Assembly (NCBI GenBank): GCA_022813965.1
Contig: JALDZS010000156.1
Span: forward strand, 1-55,673
Length of the DNA: 55,673 nucleotides
Origin: Toensbergia leucococca
Taxonomy: Eukaryota
Reading direction: 5' to 3'
Positions 23,630-36,887 of the stretch are shown in pieces (the stretch's first letter is position 1; each line of letters begins with the position of its first letter). The notes under the pieces were generated by a model. It ran no database searches. It saw only the letters and a program-made list of their open reading frames with translations, and had not been told where the DNA came from. A program made the translations under genes and the position numbers.

Positions 23630-24817
23630 ATGATCACCCACTTTGCTCCATTGAAGCCGTCAGCTTCCCTTTCGATTGTGCGCATGGCGGGAATTCTCAG
23701 CAATCTCTTGGCGCCACCCTTCTCAGATCACACTTTCCGACGTTGGTGGAGTCGGAAGGACCATTCGAGGACCTCCTCTACGGACCCACAACCAGATGAT
23801 CAGCGATCCAAGAGAATTTACATCCTAGGAACAGGGAATGTGGGAACCTTTGTTGCCTATAGCCTTGCCGAATTGAAACCCCGGCCTCCAATCACCTTGC
23901 TTTGTCATCGAAAAGGACTATTGGATGTGTGGAAAGCCAAGGGCGAGGAGATTGAACTCTCAGCAGACGGGACCTCAGATGTCAGAGGGGGCTTTGATGT
24001 CGAGCTTGCTACTGCAGAAACAGAAGGTTTGGTACGTCCGCTAGAACTCCCTCATGAGACCATTAGTCATTTGATTGTTGCCGTCAAGACGCCAAACACC
24101 GTCTCTGCATTGGATGCTATCAAACACCGATTAACTCCCAAATGTACTTTACTTTTCCTTCAAAATGGAATGGGTGTTTCTGATGAAGTCAACGAAACCA
24201 TCTTCCGGGACCCAGGAACACGTCCGCACTATATGTTGGGAATTATCTCGCATGGTATCAATAGTACTAAGCCCTTCGCCATCACACATGCCGGCATTGG
24301 AACTATAAGCCTGAGCAGTACAAGTCTCGGCGATCAACCCGCTTCGGCACTTTATCTACAAACCGCTTTTCTACAGGCCAAGTCACTCAATGCGCATGTA
24401 TGTTCTCGCCAAGAAATGATTAAGCTGCAATGGGAAAAACTTGTCGTTAATGCTATCATCAATCCTTTGACAGCCATAATGGATGTTCCGAATGGGAGAA
24501 TATTGGAAAAGGACATGACATCAACTGTGCGTCTGCTCATTGCCGAGATCTCTCGTATCATCCAAGCTCTCCCCGATATGTCTCGAGATATGAAAAAGCA
24601 CTTTCTTCCCGATCGACTCGAGACACTAGTCATCAACATGGCCACCAAGACGGCGAATAATATTAGCTCCATGCTTCAGGATATCCGCGCAAAGAAGCCG
24701 ACGGAAATCGAGTACATCAACGGATATATCGTACGACGGGCCGAGGAGCTTGGAGTCAGCTGTGAACAGAATCGCAAGCTGATGCGTCAGGTTCTGACGA
24801 AGCAGCAGCTGAGGTAA
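23630..24817 (+). CDS. PAN5: 2-dehydropantoate (ketopantoate) 2-reductase, ApbA/PanE family
   Basis: 'IYILGTGNVG' Rossmann motif, 'LIVAVKT', 'LFLQNGMG', 'WEKLVVNAIINPLTA' and 'SSMLQDIRAKKPTEIEYINGYIV'. Intronless. The start may be a later Met. Confidence 0.93.
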   Translation: MITHFAPLKPSASLSIVRMAGILSNLLAPPFSDHTFRRWWSRKDHSRTSSTDPQPDDQRSKRIYILGTGNVGTFVAYSLAELKPRPPITLLCHRKGLLDVWKAKGEEIELSADGTSDVRGGFDVELATAETEGLVRPLELPHETISHLIVAVKTPNTVSALDAIKHRLTPKCTLLFLQNGMGVSDEVNETIFRDPGTRPHYMLGIISHGINSTKPFAITHAGIGTISLSSTSLGDQPASALYLQTAFLQAKSLNAHVCSRQEMIKLQWEKLVVNAIINPLTAIMDVPNGRILEKDMTSTVRLLIAEISRIIQALPDMSRDMKKHFLPDRLETLVINMATKTANNISSMLQDIRAKKPTEIEYINGYIVRRAEELGVSCEQNRKLMRQVLTKQQLR

Positions 24818-24992
24818 AGTGGGAAGAGCAATATTCAATATTCGAGATGAGGAGAACATTGCATCAAGTATTCTCAACGCTGAAGAGAATCAATTGAATT
24901 CTTCATCAGCCACCTTGTTCTTCACCATACTCAAACCTCCCCATCCCTTGGAAACCTCATCTCAATTCGCTCCTCTAAGCAAAAGCAGAGCC

Positions 24993-25952
24993 ATGTATCA
25001 ACAAATTGTTCTCAACCACGACGAAAGCACCGAAATTCCTGATGTACCCCATCATCCGGAAAGAGCCAATTCCCTTGCATAGCTAACTGTTCAAGTACAT
25101 TCTCAAGTCTTGAATCTTGGCAAATGACACGAAAAAAGTCGAACCTAAGCTCACAGCAGAGCAAATCGCAGGAATGAGGCAGCTTCGAAAAAGTCTTGCA
25201 GAAATAGTAACTGCAGAGTCAATGCCTTTTCCGTCAGGCATGAGAGGTCTTAGTGACACATTCCGGTGCATGTCTGGCTACTATTCAAGGTGCAATTGAA
25301 TCACAACAAATCGTCACAGAGAGCGGTAGTATTAAGAATGAGCGTCCAGGCTCACTTGAGGTGATTGGGATTGATGGAGACTCAGCCGCCATGTTTGCCG
25401 CCTTTCTTGATCCTTCATACCTGAGGGTGCTGATTACTGTGTCAAGTTTTGCGGGAAGTAGAAGGCCTACAAAGTGAGGAAACAGGCGGGAACAAACAAC
25501 TATGAAAACAATATCAGGTTGACACAAAGGAAGAACGCAGGGATCGCGGAAAGCTGAGTCGCCGCCACATGAAGATTACTCACCAGCTCACTGTGACATT
25601 ATCACACATCCATCAGGACCAGTATTGTTTCTGACAATCTCAGCGCATGGTTGAAGATCTTGATGGAGTAATTGACACAGTCAACGGCGAAAGGAGGCAG
25701 ATTCAACGCAGAGGTCTCCCAGTTCTGTGTAGGGCGAGAGACGCGGAGGATTGGCCAGACGAGCCATACCCTACTCTTTGCAGCCCAGAGGTGAAAAAGT
25801 ACCCCACAACCGGACACCGTTCCGCTCCTCCGTACGCCATCACAGAAAAGCAACGACGCCGATGTCGTTGTAATGCAAGGACGTCAAAATTCCATGAGAG
25901 ATTTAAATGTTCTGCAGCAAAAGACCACTACATCAAATCATCTTTGTTTTGA
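24993..25952 (+). pseudogene. Probable orphan pseudogene
   Basis: ATG at 24993 and intron 25044-25095 (GTACCC..GCTAAC..CAAG) lead in frame into the 25117 ORF, but through a TGA at 25111-25113. Further protein-like pieces lie in other frames (25253-25477, 25647-25952). Confidence 0.35.
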
Positions 25953-26262
25953 GTGTATCACTGGCCTATCTAGAAAGCAGAGATTGGCAAACGATAAATC
26001 CCAGGATTGGGGATGCAATCCCCCTCACCGACGAGAAAAAGGGTGCGTGTTAGGGGGTTTCACACAAGGCTGAACGTACGTTGCCCAGGACAAAGGCACG
26101 AAGCGATTGTATACCATTTGGCACACCGGTGACGAGGAACTGTTTTCATAGACACGATTATTAAGAATTAGAGGTTTTTTCTTTGTAACAGTCGAGATGG
26201 TTGCGGCTTTTTAGACGATTTGCATGGATGGATGGGTGGGCTTTGGGTGTAAATGAATCAGG

Positions 26263-26445
26263 TTTTTTTTTTTTTTTTTGGTTTTTTTTTGTAGTCATAG
26301 TCATGAGGGATTTGGATTTTAGGTGGGTTGTGTCTCTTTTCTTTTGTCTATCTATCTGGTTTTCTTTTTTTTTTTTTTTTTTTTTTTTTGGGAAATGTGT
26401 ACCATTTTTGGATTGAGGATGCTGGCCCTCTTTTTTTTTTTTTTT
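26263..26445. repeat. Cluster of poly-T tracts (T17, T9, T25, T15)
   Basis: Tracts at 26263-26279, 26282-26290, 26365-26389 and 26431-26445, in the intergenic region downstream of the DUF1996 gene. Confidence 0.95.
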
Positions 26446-27246
26446 GGATTGATGAGATTTTGGAGTGAGGGCGCTGAGTTGGATTGGGAGGTTGGATTTG
26501 GTTTGGTTTGGTGATGGAGTGATGGAGTGTCCCTCTGTTGGATTTGGAGGAAGGGGGTTATTGTTCTAGAGTAGGGCCCTTTGTTTGGTTTTTAAATGCG
26601 TTTTGTTTGCTTGCTATTGCTACTGTTACGCTGCGAGATATGAGATTTAAGTGAGGGGGATTTTTGAGAGGAGGGGTTCGGATGGAAGGAGTAGGCTTAA
26701 AAAGCAGTGGATATGGGTATCTACAAGCCTACTTGTAGAGATGGGCCATCCACAACCTCTACTGCAGTCAAAACTCGTAACTTGGCCTCGAACACACCAG
26801 ATCCTCCCCCACCCCACCTGCAACCCACATGACCGTAAAAAGACCTGGCATCACCACTCACATCACAAGCACACCATCCATCACATATTCATTCATTTCA
26901 AACGGGCTTGCAGTTCTGTTCTATTCTGTTCTGAAACTCGAGAAAAAGCACACACACACCCCTTACGATCCACAAAAAAAAGCATGTACATAAAACTTCT
27001 CTCTCGCCCTCCACTGAAAGAAGAAAAAAAATCGAGGAAACGCCAGCATCCCCCCCCCTCCTTGACTTCCCGCGCTCAGGGACGCGAACCGAACCTATGC
27101 TATGCCAATGCCGCTCAGGATCCAAATGTGTAACAACCACTTGATGTATGTGGAAAAAGTCCATCTAAGTAACGTATGTACCGGTTAAAGGAAGGAAATC
27201 CCGGCCCCCCCCATTTCCCCTTCGAAGAGAAAAAAAGAGTACCTCC

Positions 27247-29170
27247 CTAACGCCTTCGTCCGTACCCGGTTCCATGCCCATGACGTCTCTGATGCTCATG
27301 CACCGATCTCTTCTTCGCCGCCGCGGCAGTGGTGGTCGCCGGCATCGTGACCGTGACGTCTTCCTCTTCGACGACGACTTCGAGCACCTCGCGCCCGGAG
27401 GTGTAGGTCATTGTCGAGAGCGTCGAGAGGCCCGAGGCACCGGCAGGCGGCGCGTTTGGAGCGACGGTGATGGTGGAAGAGACGGATGTGGAAGTTGAGC
27501 TGGGAGCCGATTGCTGGTATTCGGCCTCTTTGACAGCGCCGCCGGTGATGGCGACGTAGGGTGCCATCGGGGCGTTGTCGCCTTGGGTGGTGGAGCTGCT
27601 TGCGGATGAGGGGGCGACGTAGACGCTTGTTGAAGACGAGCTGGGTAAAGCTGTGGTGCTTGTCGACGAGTCGCTTACCTCGGCCTGGTAGGCTGCTACG
27701 GATGATTGCGTAGTGGCACTGCTGCTTGCTGCTGTGGATGACGCTGGAGCGACACCGTTGTAAACGCTGTTGCTACCGGGAAGGGAGGATAGGGTAGAAG
27801 CGGCTGGGTTTTCCCCTGCAAGTTGGGAGGGCACGGCAAAGGAGCAGCTTGACAAAGAGGCCGAGGGGACAATGTTTGGGGCGAAAGCGGGACAGTCTTC
27901 GAGTTGACCGGTTGATGCGTCGCTTGAACATGCCGCGTTGTTTACGGCTTGCTCGAGGACGTTATCAGTCCAGGCGGCGATGAAATCTCCGTGATAGCCG
28001 TATCCTGTAAAATTTCATGTCCTTTGATTAGTAGTCTGCTCCCATTGCGAAGGTGAAATGGCAAACATCTCTCATTGTGATGGAGACTTACCTGTGGTAT
28101 CACCATTTGCTAGAACGAATTGCCCACTCTTCCCTGCGAATGCTGGCGTATCGTATTTTGTCTCGAAGAATAAAGCCGGCAGACGGCGATCGTATCCCAC
28201 AGGGCAATCGCCCGTCCCCTGAACACCACTTGGGAAAGCAACGTGAGATTTGTGATCTGGACTATCATTTTGGCCGTTCCAACAGCTAGGAAACATGAGT
28301 TCGAACCGTACACCGTCCGTGCAGGTTGAATCGATAAATGATTTGCTGCGTAATTGATGATACGCAAGGGAGTTTTCTGGGGGGTTCACATCGTAGTGGA
28401 GACAATTAAATCCTAAAGCCTGCTGGGCAAGGTAATCTTGTGCTGGAAAGGAGGATCCAGATTCCGTTGACCTGGGGATCTCGGTTCGCTGATCATTCAT
28501 GCCGGAAACCATGCGGAAACCATTAGGAAAAGCCTCCACGGTCTGCTGCTGACCGCCAGCAGTTAATCCAGAGCGTTCAAAGTAGTATCTAAATGTTTAT
28601 GTTAGCCAAATGTAGGACTAAAGTTTTAGTTTGCGACGGAGAATATCCAAGCGCATGAATGATACAGTAAAGCGATCGTATCAAAATCAATTTGCTTCAT
28701 AAGTCAGGTTGATTGTAGAAGAGGATTGCTTACCCGTTGAAGGGGAACTCCTCTGCTACTGGCTCAAAGGTGCCATCATCATGCTGAAAGTACAGGGCAA
28801 CAGTCCAGTACACCGAGTGATCGTTCGAGACAGAGCAAGTGGAACAGTTAGAATCTAATAGTTCCGATGCGTCATCGGAGACGGACCAACTGAAGCCTAA
28901 TCGGAAACGTTAGCACCATGTCGTTGAGAACGTGGGAGACGGGAAGTTGAAGCATAAAGCTTGGCGGCCCTGAATGTTGAAATGAATTGACTTACCATCT
29001 GACCCCTTGATCGTATGTACATGGGAGCTTGGCGTATCAGGTTCAACGATGGGATCCATACGTTGAATACCCGACGCCGAGAAGCAGGTCATACGCCAGA
29101 ATCCATTGGCGGCACCAACGTAGAAGAGAATCAATGTCACAGTAGTGATGATATGATTGAAAGTGAACAT
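27247..29170 (-). CDS. Secreted DUF1996-domain protein with Ser/Thr/Ala-rich C-terminus (4 exons)
   Basis: Signal peptide, then 'FWRMTC..RMDPIVEP..SSHVHTIKG', 'CSTCSVSNDHSVYW', 'AFPNGFRMVSG', 'FPSCWNG..DSPDHKSHVAFP' and 'GDTTGYGYHGDF'. Introns 28897-28995, 28589-28733 and 28005-28091. Ends 'KKRSVHEHQRRHGH...'. Confidence 0.92.
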
Positions 29171-30735
29171 CGTGACTAGATGTGATTCTGAAGACTGCGA
29201 TCGTGCGCGGGTAAAGTGGGTCACGAAAGCTGTCGCAATAGTCCTTGAATAGAAAGAGAACCGATCGATCGTCGACGATATGGTGAATTCTGAAATGAAG
29301 CTGCAGATGCGGGGTGATGACTTTCGTAGAAGGGGTTGAAACGTTGAGGTGTGTTGCTGTGATGCTAACGAAGTAGCAGTACTAATGTCAACACGCGATT
29401 CTTTGCTGTCGATGAGAAACCCCAATTCACGCAAGATCTCTCGGTCGATATTTTCTGGCGAAATGACACTTCAACCGACGGCAAAGTGCTAGTTTTTTCG
29501 TTTTTCTCCCTCTATCTCGGCAGAAAGATGTTCTCAACAGTGCTGATGGAATATTTCGGAACACGACGATTTTTCTTCGGTCACGATAGGTCAATGCTTC
29601 AGGGGATTTTAAAAGATACTGACACAATTCAAAGGAGTGTATAAGATAGTAAGAATGGTTCAAAGCAAAAGGAATGACTTCGAGTCAGGTTACTGGAAAA
29701 ATTGTATATGCAAGTTGAAAGCTATAAAGATCGACAAGATCTCCAGGACATGCGATCTTTAGAAGAGAAGGATTGGTTGGGATAAAGAACGTGGTTTGCA
29801 GTGAGGCGAACAAAGAAAAGAGAAAGGAAGAGACGGACTGAAAGAGGTTAAGCAAACAAAGAAGAGAGTCTCATTCTAGCGGAGGGTGGATGAAGGACCG
29901 CGGGGATATGAGGCAGGAGGCAGGTCCATGGTACGGACGTGGCATCGGCCAATCACGACGGTGAGGTGGCAAGTGGTGAGACTCGCCCCACATCGGTCAG
30001 TCAGGAAAGTCAGGGATGCGAACCAAGCTTTCTCCTTACCCCTGATGTCGGGAATTGCACATGGGTGTCGTTGCACTGGGCACAGTGGACAGGGCAATCA
30101 GAAGCAAATCAAAAGGCAAATGAAGGACGTGGCATTCTGAAACGTTAGCAGAGATGAGACATTGCCCCTTTCATTGGTCATTCTCCATCGCGGCTAGATT
30201 AACGAATGCAGTCCCGTTAGACTAGAATACCTGGCTCCTGCTTAGCTTCAGCCGGTATTCCTGGGGTATTCTGCAGCCAAGACAGAGGCAGAAGAGATGA
30301 TGATCATCTTATCATACAGGATAAACCTCGTGGCATATCATGCTGGAGAGTCTGGCCAAGACGAAAGCGCTCAAGCATTTACACGAGCCTCTTTGAGCCT
30401 CTTTGTGCCTCCCACGTGAAGCCTGAGGCGTTAAAGAAACCGTGGAAACTTAAGCGCCACACTCACTTTGGCTTGGCCAGACACCCTCTCACCTCTTCGA
30501 TTATTCAATTCCACTGTCTCGTGTGTTCCAGACAGACAGACAATTCCCTCAAACACATGCCAATCACTCCTATCACCTCATAGAAACTCCAGACACCAGG
30601 AACCCCAGTCATCTTCTTATTAGGATTCTTGGAATTTGTACGAGTACTCGTACCCATATTTAGAAAAAGATTTGTGATCCGAGGCCTAGCTGTATCAACA
30701 ATCTCTATCATTCAAAAATCCTTGTCTTTGTATTC

Positions 30736-32702
30736 CTATTTACTTGGCCCAGATTTCATGGCTCTCCAATACCCACTGGCCTCCCACACACCAGCCTTGG
30801 TATAATCCGCCGCACCGCTACCAATCATATATCCAAATCTAAAATACTCCTTCTCCTTCTGATATTGCCTATCCCAAGTAAATGTTGTATCGCCCTCGCC
30901 ATAATACCACCTGTGTCTCTCGACGTCATTGACCAACACACTCAATCCATCATAAGGACGTGGCGGAGCCGTCCATCCAAACGTGATATTGGACATGCCA
31001 ATAATAGGCACTGTGATATTGGGCAGTAGTGAATAGAACTGCCCGTCATTACCTCGTAGCGCATCAGGCGTCTGCAGTATTGAGTCAAAGTCCCATCGAG
31101 CAATACCGTTGATGAAAAGCCCGGCTAATATTCCTTGGTATAATAGGCTTGGTCGCGTTTGCATACTTGTCCCGGGAAGCAACAGTAGAGCTAGTACATA
31201 ATGGTGGATCCGTAGACTTAGATCAGGTATAGCAATGCAGATAATTAAGAAACCTCCCATGAGACAATACAGTGCTAGATAACGACGAAAGCGCCCTTCA
31301 AGTCGTAGATACCAGATCTGTCCCAAGGCAATCGCGAAAAGCAATATCACAATAATGCTAAGGGCAACTTGAGCTCCAGGCTGCTGTTGGAGGTCATGTG
31401 GAGTAAGACGCTGGATAGGGATGAAGTCGAAAGTGTAATTGTTGAGGGAGCCCACCCATGCACCACCAAGCCATAGAATTGTCTTCTCAACTTGTGCTGT
31501 GAGGCCTATCAGCTGACGCTTCACGCAGTAGCGATAGATGACGAAGCCGACAAAGGCTGCTGGAAGGAATCGACCGATGATGAGTGATGAAAGCGACGAA
31601 TAATCGGATATATTCGGAGGATCCGAGACGAGTCCAACGTGAAAGAAAAGCATCGTAAAGATTGAGCTAAAAAAGACAGGAGGAGAGCTTGTGAATAATG
31701 AGAGTAGAGTGGTGAATACTACAGTGACCACAAGGAGTGGCCAACGGAGATCCCTGGCACAATCCGAGGATAACCCAGTGAGGAATGTAAACGACTTTGG
31801 AAATTTGGAGTCGAATCCCGTGCTAGTAATCCCATGATATGATGTACCAACATAATTCTCCTGCTTGCCAGCTAACGATAGAACCCCACAACCCCCCTTT
31901 TCGTTGCTTACAATGCCAGCATGGATAGCAGCTTGACAAATAAACGAGTCCGCTCTGTAGACGGATTTGGAGGGAGTTGTGTCGGATCCATTGCTCAAAG
32001 GACCACCAATTACCAAAGGCTTGTAGATTACTTCTTTATCGCCTACGGCGTAAGGGTTCAGAACATGGACAGATCGACAATTCGCGGGACACCGAAAGGC
32101 TATAGTAGCATTGTCGAATGGACGACAGTCATTACCATCTAATCCACAGCCATTACCGGCGGACCTACAATTCTCAGTGATCTGAAGTAGGTCTTCAAGG
32201 ACTTGACTGACCAAAGGTTTGCTCCACACCAGATTGACTGTGGTTTTCCATGACCCTTGATGTTTCCAGATGTTGCTGAATGATTTAATACCAGTCCAAA
32301 AATCAAGATCCAGGAAAAGTAGAAGAACACCAATAACCCGATCTTATGTAGTTTACTCGGCAGGTACGTATTGATCAATCTTAGGGGCGCTTCCTGAATT
32401 GAAGGGAAATATGGAGTGATTTTCTGTATTTCGGGAGGTTCCGGCCCTTGTGACCACGAGGCTATAGATCGAGCTGTTCTTCGAATAGGGAGTGGGACCC
32501 ATTTCCAGTGGAAGGATTTTGAAGATTCGCGCATCCATACAGGAAGTGGAAGCTGGCCATGCTCCATTTCGTCCGAGGAATGTCGAACATGCGATTGAGG
32601 GCTTTCGGAGAGTGATGGCTCTGAACCATCATCATCCTGCCAAGGAGATTGATCCCGCCCTCCTGCTCTAAACACTCGATCTCTCTCATTGTTGGATTCC
32701 AT
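30736..32702 (-). CDS. LCCL-domain multi-pass membrane protein (2 exons)
   Basis: Intron 32165-32211 (GTCAGT..TGTAG) joins 'CGANLW|SAGNGCGLDG'. LCCL signature 'YRADSFICQAAIHAGIV', followed by TM helices and 'LRIHHY'. Confidence 0.92.
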
Positions 32703-33350
32703 GACGCCAAGGGCAGAGCGATCAATAAGGATTTGACATATCGGACCTGCGGTGAAGTATCGTCAGCTATTCCATCATGAGTAAGATAGATATGGGTTTC
32801 GGGTTTACTTGAGATTCATCGCATGCTCGAGAGCATGGGCTTCACAGTCGAAACATATTGATGCTGATAGGGAAAGTCCTAGAAGTGGGAGGTCGAGAAG
32901 GTCAAGGGTCAAGTCGAACAGTTGCCAAGACTAATCCCTGGCCAAACGGGAAGGTGATTCGGAGACTCGAATGCTCGAATGGCTTTGTGCCTCGGACGAA
33001 AGATGGAGATATTGATATATTCTTTTCCCATCTCCCACAAATACCATAGCAGCGATGCAAGCATTCCGCTCTTTCATCAAGCCTTGCGAATAACCCTTGA
33101 TATGGGGGAATTTGCTATTGAAGATGGCTCTACTGCGAAGTATCCGTAGTAGTACGGCCGTTGGTCGGGTCATGACTTCACTCGCCTTGCTTTTGTCAGG
33201 AACAGGCATACCTATTCTAATCATCTTATCGCAAGCGTGGGCCAGGAATGTTATCTTCCTCCCCAACACATTTCTATTTTCCTTATTATTGTTGCCTTTC
33301 CTGTCCTGTTTTTCTCTACTGAGTTAGCATAGATCTTCATTTTCGTGATC

Positions 33351-35220
33351 ATGGAAGAATCAAATATGAGTGCCAGCCAGCCAGAACCCGTGGACCTCTC
33401 CCACTACTATTCGAAGGTGACCAAGAGTAGGAACAAAAGCAGTGTGAAGGATTTCTACAAATACTTCTTAATCCCAGGCATTGGCAATATTGCAGGAGGT
33501 AAGGACATGTTCTTCTCAATATTTCTTCTATTGTTGACATGTCTCAGGAATGCCAAATAACAACTACTTCCCTTATGACACCCTCGAGGCCACAGTAGCT
33601 TTACCTGACCGCTTTGTCCCAACCCCTAATATTCCTCTTAATCCACCTACTTCAGCCAGTAGTCTTTCCGATAAATTGACCTCATCTCATATCCTCGTCC
33701 CCAAAGCCTCGAGTGCATCCAACCTTCTCCGCAAGATCGATCTAAAGTCCGCCCTACAATATGGTACAGCGCAGGGCTATCCTCCTTTATACTATTTCCT
33801 TCGCCAATTCACCCGTTTAAACTTACATCCAAACGTGCCTTATGCTGGAGGTCCAGAGATCATTTTGACCTGTGGCGCAACAGATGGCTTCGCTAAGACC
33901 CTCGAAGCACTGACAAATACCTGGAATGAGGACCGAGATTGGATTAGGGAAAGAGAGGGAGTATTGGTTGAAGAGTTTACATATATGAACGCCGTCCAGG
34001 CGGTAACCCCAAGAGGATTGAATGTTGTCCCAGTGGCAATCGACAACGAAGGTATGATGGCTAGTGGCAAAGGGGGGCTTGGGGAAGTCCTGGAGTATTG
34101 GGATTTTGCCAAAGGAAAGAGACCTCATTTGATCTACACTGTGACGTGAGTCTAGTCTGAGCATGATCAAGCTCAGTTGCACCACTAAACCCAATATAGA
34201 ATTGGTCAGAACCCTACTTCCGGTATCCTCAGTCTCCAACGCCGCAAAGAGATCTACACTCTATGTACCAAATACGACGTTATCATCGTTGAAGATGATC
34301 CTTACTGGTACCTTCAGTACCCATCTGCAATAGCGTCTTCCCATGCAGCTCAAGACAACGATGTCTCTCTGGAACCTCAGCCAGAGCAAAGTAATTACAA
34401 TACTCCCAACTCATCTGGATTTCCCTTCCTGGATTCTCTTGTCCCCTCATATTTATCCATAGATACTGAAGGTCGCGTCGTCCGCCTTGACACTTTCTCA
34501 AAGACTGTAGCTCCCGGTTGTCGTCTTGGCTGGATAACCACGCAGCCTGCGCTCTGCGAGCGCATTCAGCGTATTACGGAGACATCGACTCAACAGCCGT
34601 CAGGATTTGTACAATCATTGATAGCAGAACTACTTATGGGCCCACAAGATGCCAAAGACGGCGGTCGGGGTGGTACTAAGGATGGCAAAGGTTGGGATGT
34701 TTCAGGCTGGGTGCGTTGGCTGGAAGGACTCCGAGGAAACTACGAACGACGCATGCAGATAATGTGCAAAATTCTCGAGTCAGGCAAATTTCTCGTCAAA
34801 TCCGGACGTCGGCAGAGCATCAGCGATGAATGGAGTGTCGTGGACAAAGCACTTATTTATGAGTTTGTGTGGCCGATGGGTGGCATGTTCGTATGGGTAA
34901 AGTTGAATTTCGAAACACATCCTCTTTTCAAGAAAGCGAAACACGAAAGGCTCAGCAAAGCACTCTGGATACATTTAACTACGGAACCTCATCTTGTGCT
35001 TGTAGCACCCGGGAGTATGTTTTGCCCAACGAACGAGCTCCGGGAGAAGCAAGGTTGGAGTTATGTCAGAGTGTGTTTTGCAGCAGTGGATGAGTCGGAA
35101 ATGGAGAGGATCAGCCGAGGTTTTGTCTCGGGATGTCAAAGCTTTTGGAGGAAGAAGAACCTCGACGATCTTGATGAGAGTGAAGAGCTGAATCTTAGTC
35201 TGGACGGCTTGCTGATGTAA
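33351..35220 (+). CDS. ARO8: PLP-dependent class I/II aminotransferase, Aro8 / 2-aminoadipate transaminase-like (3 exons)
   Basis: Introns 33499-33547 and 34146-34199. Motifs 'ALQYGTAQGYPPL', 'IYTVT|IGQNPTSG', 'IIVEDDPYW' and the PLP-lysine motif 'DTFSKTVAPGCRLGW'. Start is ATG 33351 or 33366. Orthology to ARO8 is approximate. Confidence 0.92.
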
Positions 35221-35987
35221 AGGCATTTGGGAAATGGGGATGGATTTGGCGTGTGGCTTTATGAGGGACGATTGTCAATGACTGTATACTTTGAGAGGCT
35301 GTATATTGTTTGCTAATAATATACATGAAGAGCCTTCAGATAGTATATAATACTTCATTTTCTACTTAGATGCTCGTAACAATGTCGTGGTGCCTTGGTT
35401 CTCGACAATTGAAGCCACTCTAGACTTCTTTATTTCTGGGCAAGAGAAAGGACAATTTCACCTCGAGGACTAAGGCTGGCAACAGCCGGGTTTTTTTCTC
35501 TCCATAGTTGTATCTCTTTCGTCAGCCTTATTGAAGGAGTTCCAAAGTGCAATAATAATATTGAGGTTCAGCTGGATTCGAACCCTCGATGTCTCGGAAG
35601 CAAAAATCAGAACGGCAATGAGAAGTATCCGGTCATAGGACACAGTGAAGTTCTCATGGAGACGCAAGGAATGATCCAGTAATTCAAATTTTTTCTGATG
35701 ATGAAGCCTCCCATTGAGCCTTGGCAGCGCGCCTAGCTTGAGGAAAATATCTTACCTATCACGTTCAATACGTGCACATCAACATTCTCTGTAGCAATTT
35801 AGATCCACGTAAAATAATGTGCAAGACACCTACGTTGATACTAACACAATTCCCTCTTCCAAAACTTCTCAGCTCACCATCTTAGAGAAAGAAACACCAT
35901 AGAAAAATAAAACTAGGCAGAAATCATCAACGCCGTCATCGGCTCCAGACCTCACCATAGCAAACCCTCATAACATCCCCAGTAAAA

Positions 35988-36887
35988 ATGTCCTCTGATC
36001 TCCAAACCGAAACATCCGTAATAAACTCCATCTACGGCTCCGAAACCCTCCACCCAACCCCCACCCCCGGCATCTACACTCTCCACATCCCAAACCACGA
36101 CATCACCCTACGCCTATTCTTCCCGTCTACGTACCCAGCCCACCCACCAGAGATTAAAGGCACAGAGACCGTAGGCGACCTCTCAAAAAAGGGCCACGGC
36201 ACTCATGTCCAAACACTCGCCAGCAACATCCTGCAAAAAGTATTCAAAGCAGGACAAGTCTGTCTCTTCGACCTGATGCAAGACCTAGACACTCTCCTCA
36301 CAGAAGAAGAAGAAGAAGAAGAAAAAGAAGCCGCTCAAAAAGACGCGCCAGCCGCTTCCGAAGCCCCCAAATCCAATCCGGAGCCTCCACCAGCCCAGTC
36401 CGAAAAAGACCCCATATCCCCCATCTCCCCCCCACCAAACTGGACCCTCTCCAACCCCGTAACAGAAAAGAAATCCCTCTTCCTCGCCCGCGCCGTCCCC
36501 GTCACATCCCCCGCCCAAGCCCAAGCCTACATCACCCACCTCCTCCGCACCGACAAAAAAGCCGCCAAAGCAACCCACAACATCACCGCCTACCGCATCC
36601 GCTGCTGCCCCGCCGACGACGACAGCGAAGTCATCATCTATCAAGACTGCGACGATGATGGGGAAAGCGCGGCTGGGGGCGGCGTGCTGAGGTTGTTGCA
36701 GGCGATGGGGGTGTGGGGTGTTTTGGTGGTTGTGAGTCGGTGGTATGGGGGTGTGAGGTTGGGGCCGGATCGGTTTCGGATTATTGGTGCTGTTGCGAGG
36801 GAGGCGGTTGTTGGGGGAGGGTGGGTGAGGGAGGAGGCGGGGGGGAAGGGGGGGAAGGGGGGGAAGGGGGGGAAGGGGAGGAGGTGA
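35988..36887 (+). CDS. YIH1: IMPACT/Yih1 family protein (RWD + UPF0029 domains)
   Basis: RWD-like 'ETSVINSIYG..FPSTYPAHPP'. UPF0029 motifs 'TEKKSLFLAR', 'KATHNITAYRI', 'QDCDDDGESAAG' and 'VVSRWYGGVRLGPDRFRII'. Confidence 0.95.
   Translation: MSSDLQTETSVINSIYGSETLHPTPTPGIYTLHIPNHDITLRLFFPSTYPAHPPEIKGTETVGDLSKKGHGTHVQTLASNILQKVFKAGQVCLFDLMQDLDTLLTEEEEEEEKEAAQKDAPAASEAPKSNPEPPPAQSEKDPISPISPPPNWTLSNPVTEKKSLFLARAVPVTSPAQAQAYITHLLRTDKKAAKATHNITAYRIRCCPADDDSEVIIYQDCDDDGESAAGGGVLRLLQAMGVWGVLVVVSRWYGGVRLGPDRFRIIGAVAREAVVGGGWVREEAGGKGGKGGKGGKGRR
36839..36878 (+). repeat. (G7-AA)x4 9-bp tandem repeat encoding (GGK)n; G-quadruplex-capable
   Basis: G7 runs at 36839, 36848, 36857 and 36866 separated by AA, then G4. 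Confidence 0.95.

Noticed and set aside
26201..27164. Phe-rich and His/Lys-rich ORFs
   Set aside because: Translation artefacts of homopolymer tracts and strand skew in intergenic DNA.
33351..35220. Aminotransferase as a UstD-like RiPP tailoring enzyme
   Set aside because: The motifs fit the Aro8-type class I/II family, and it sits among conserved genes.
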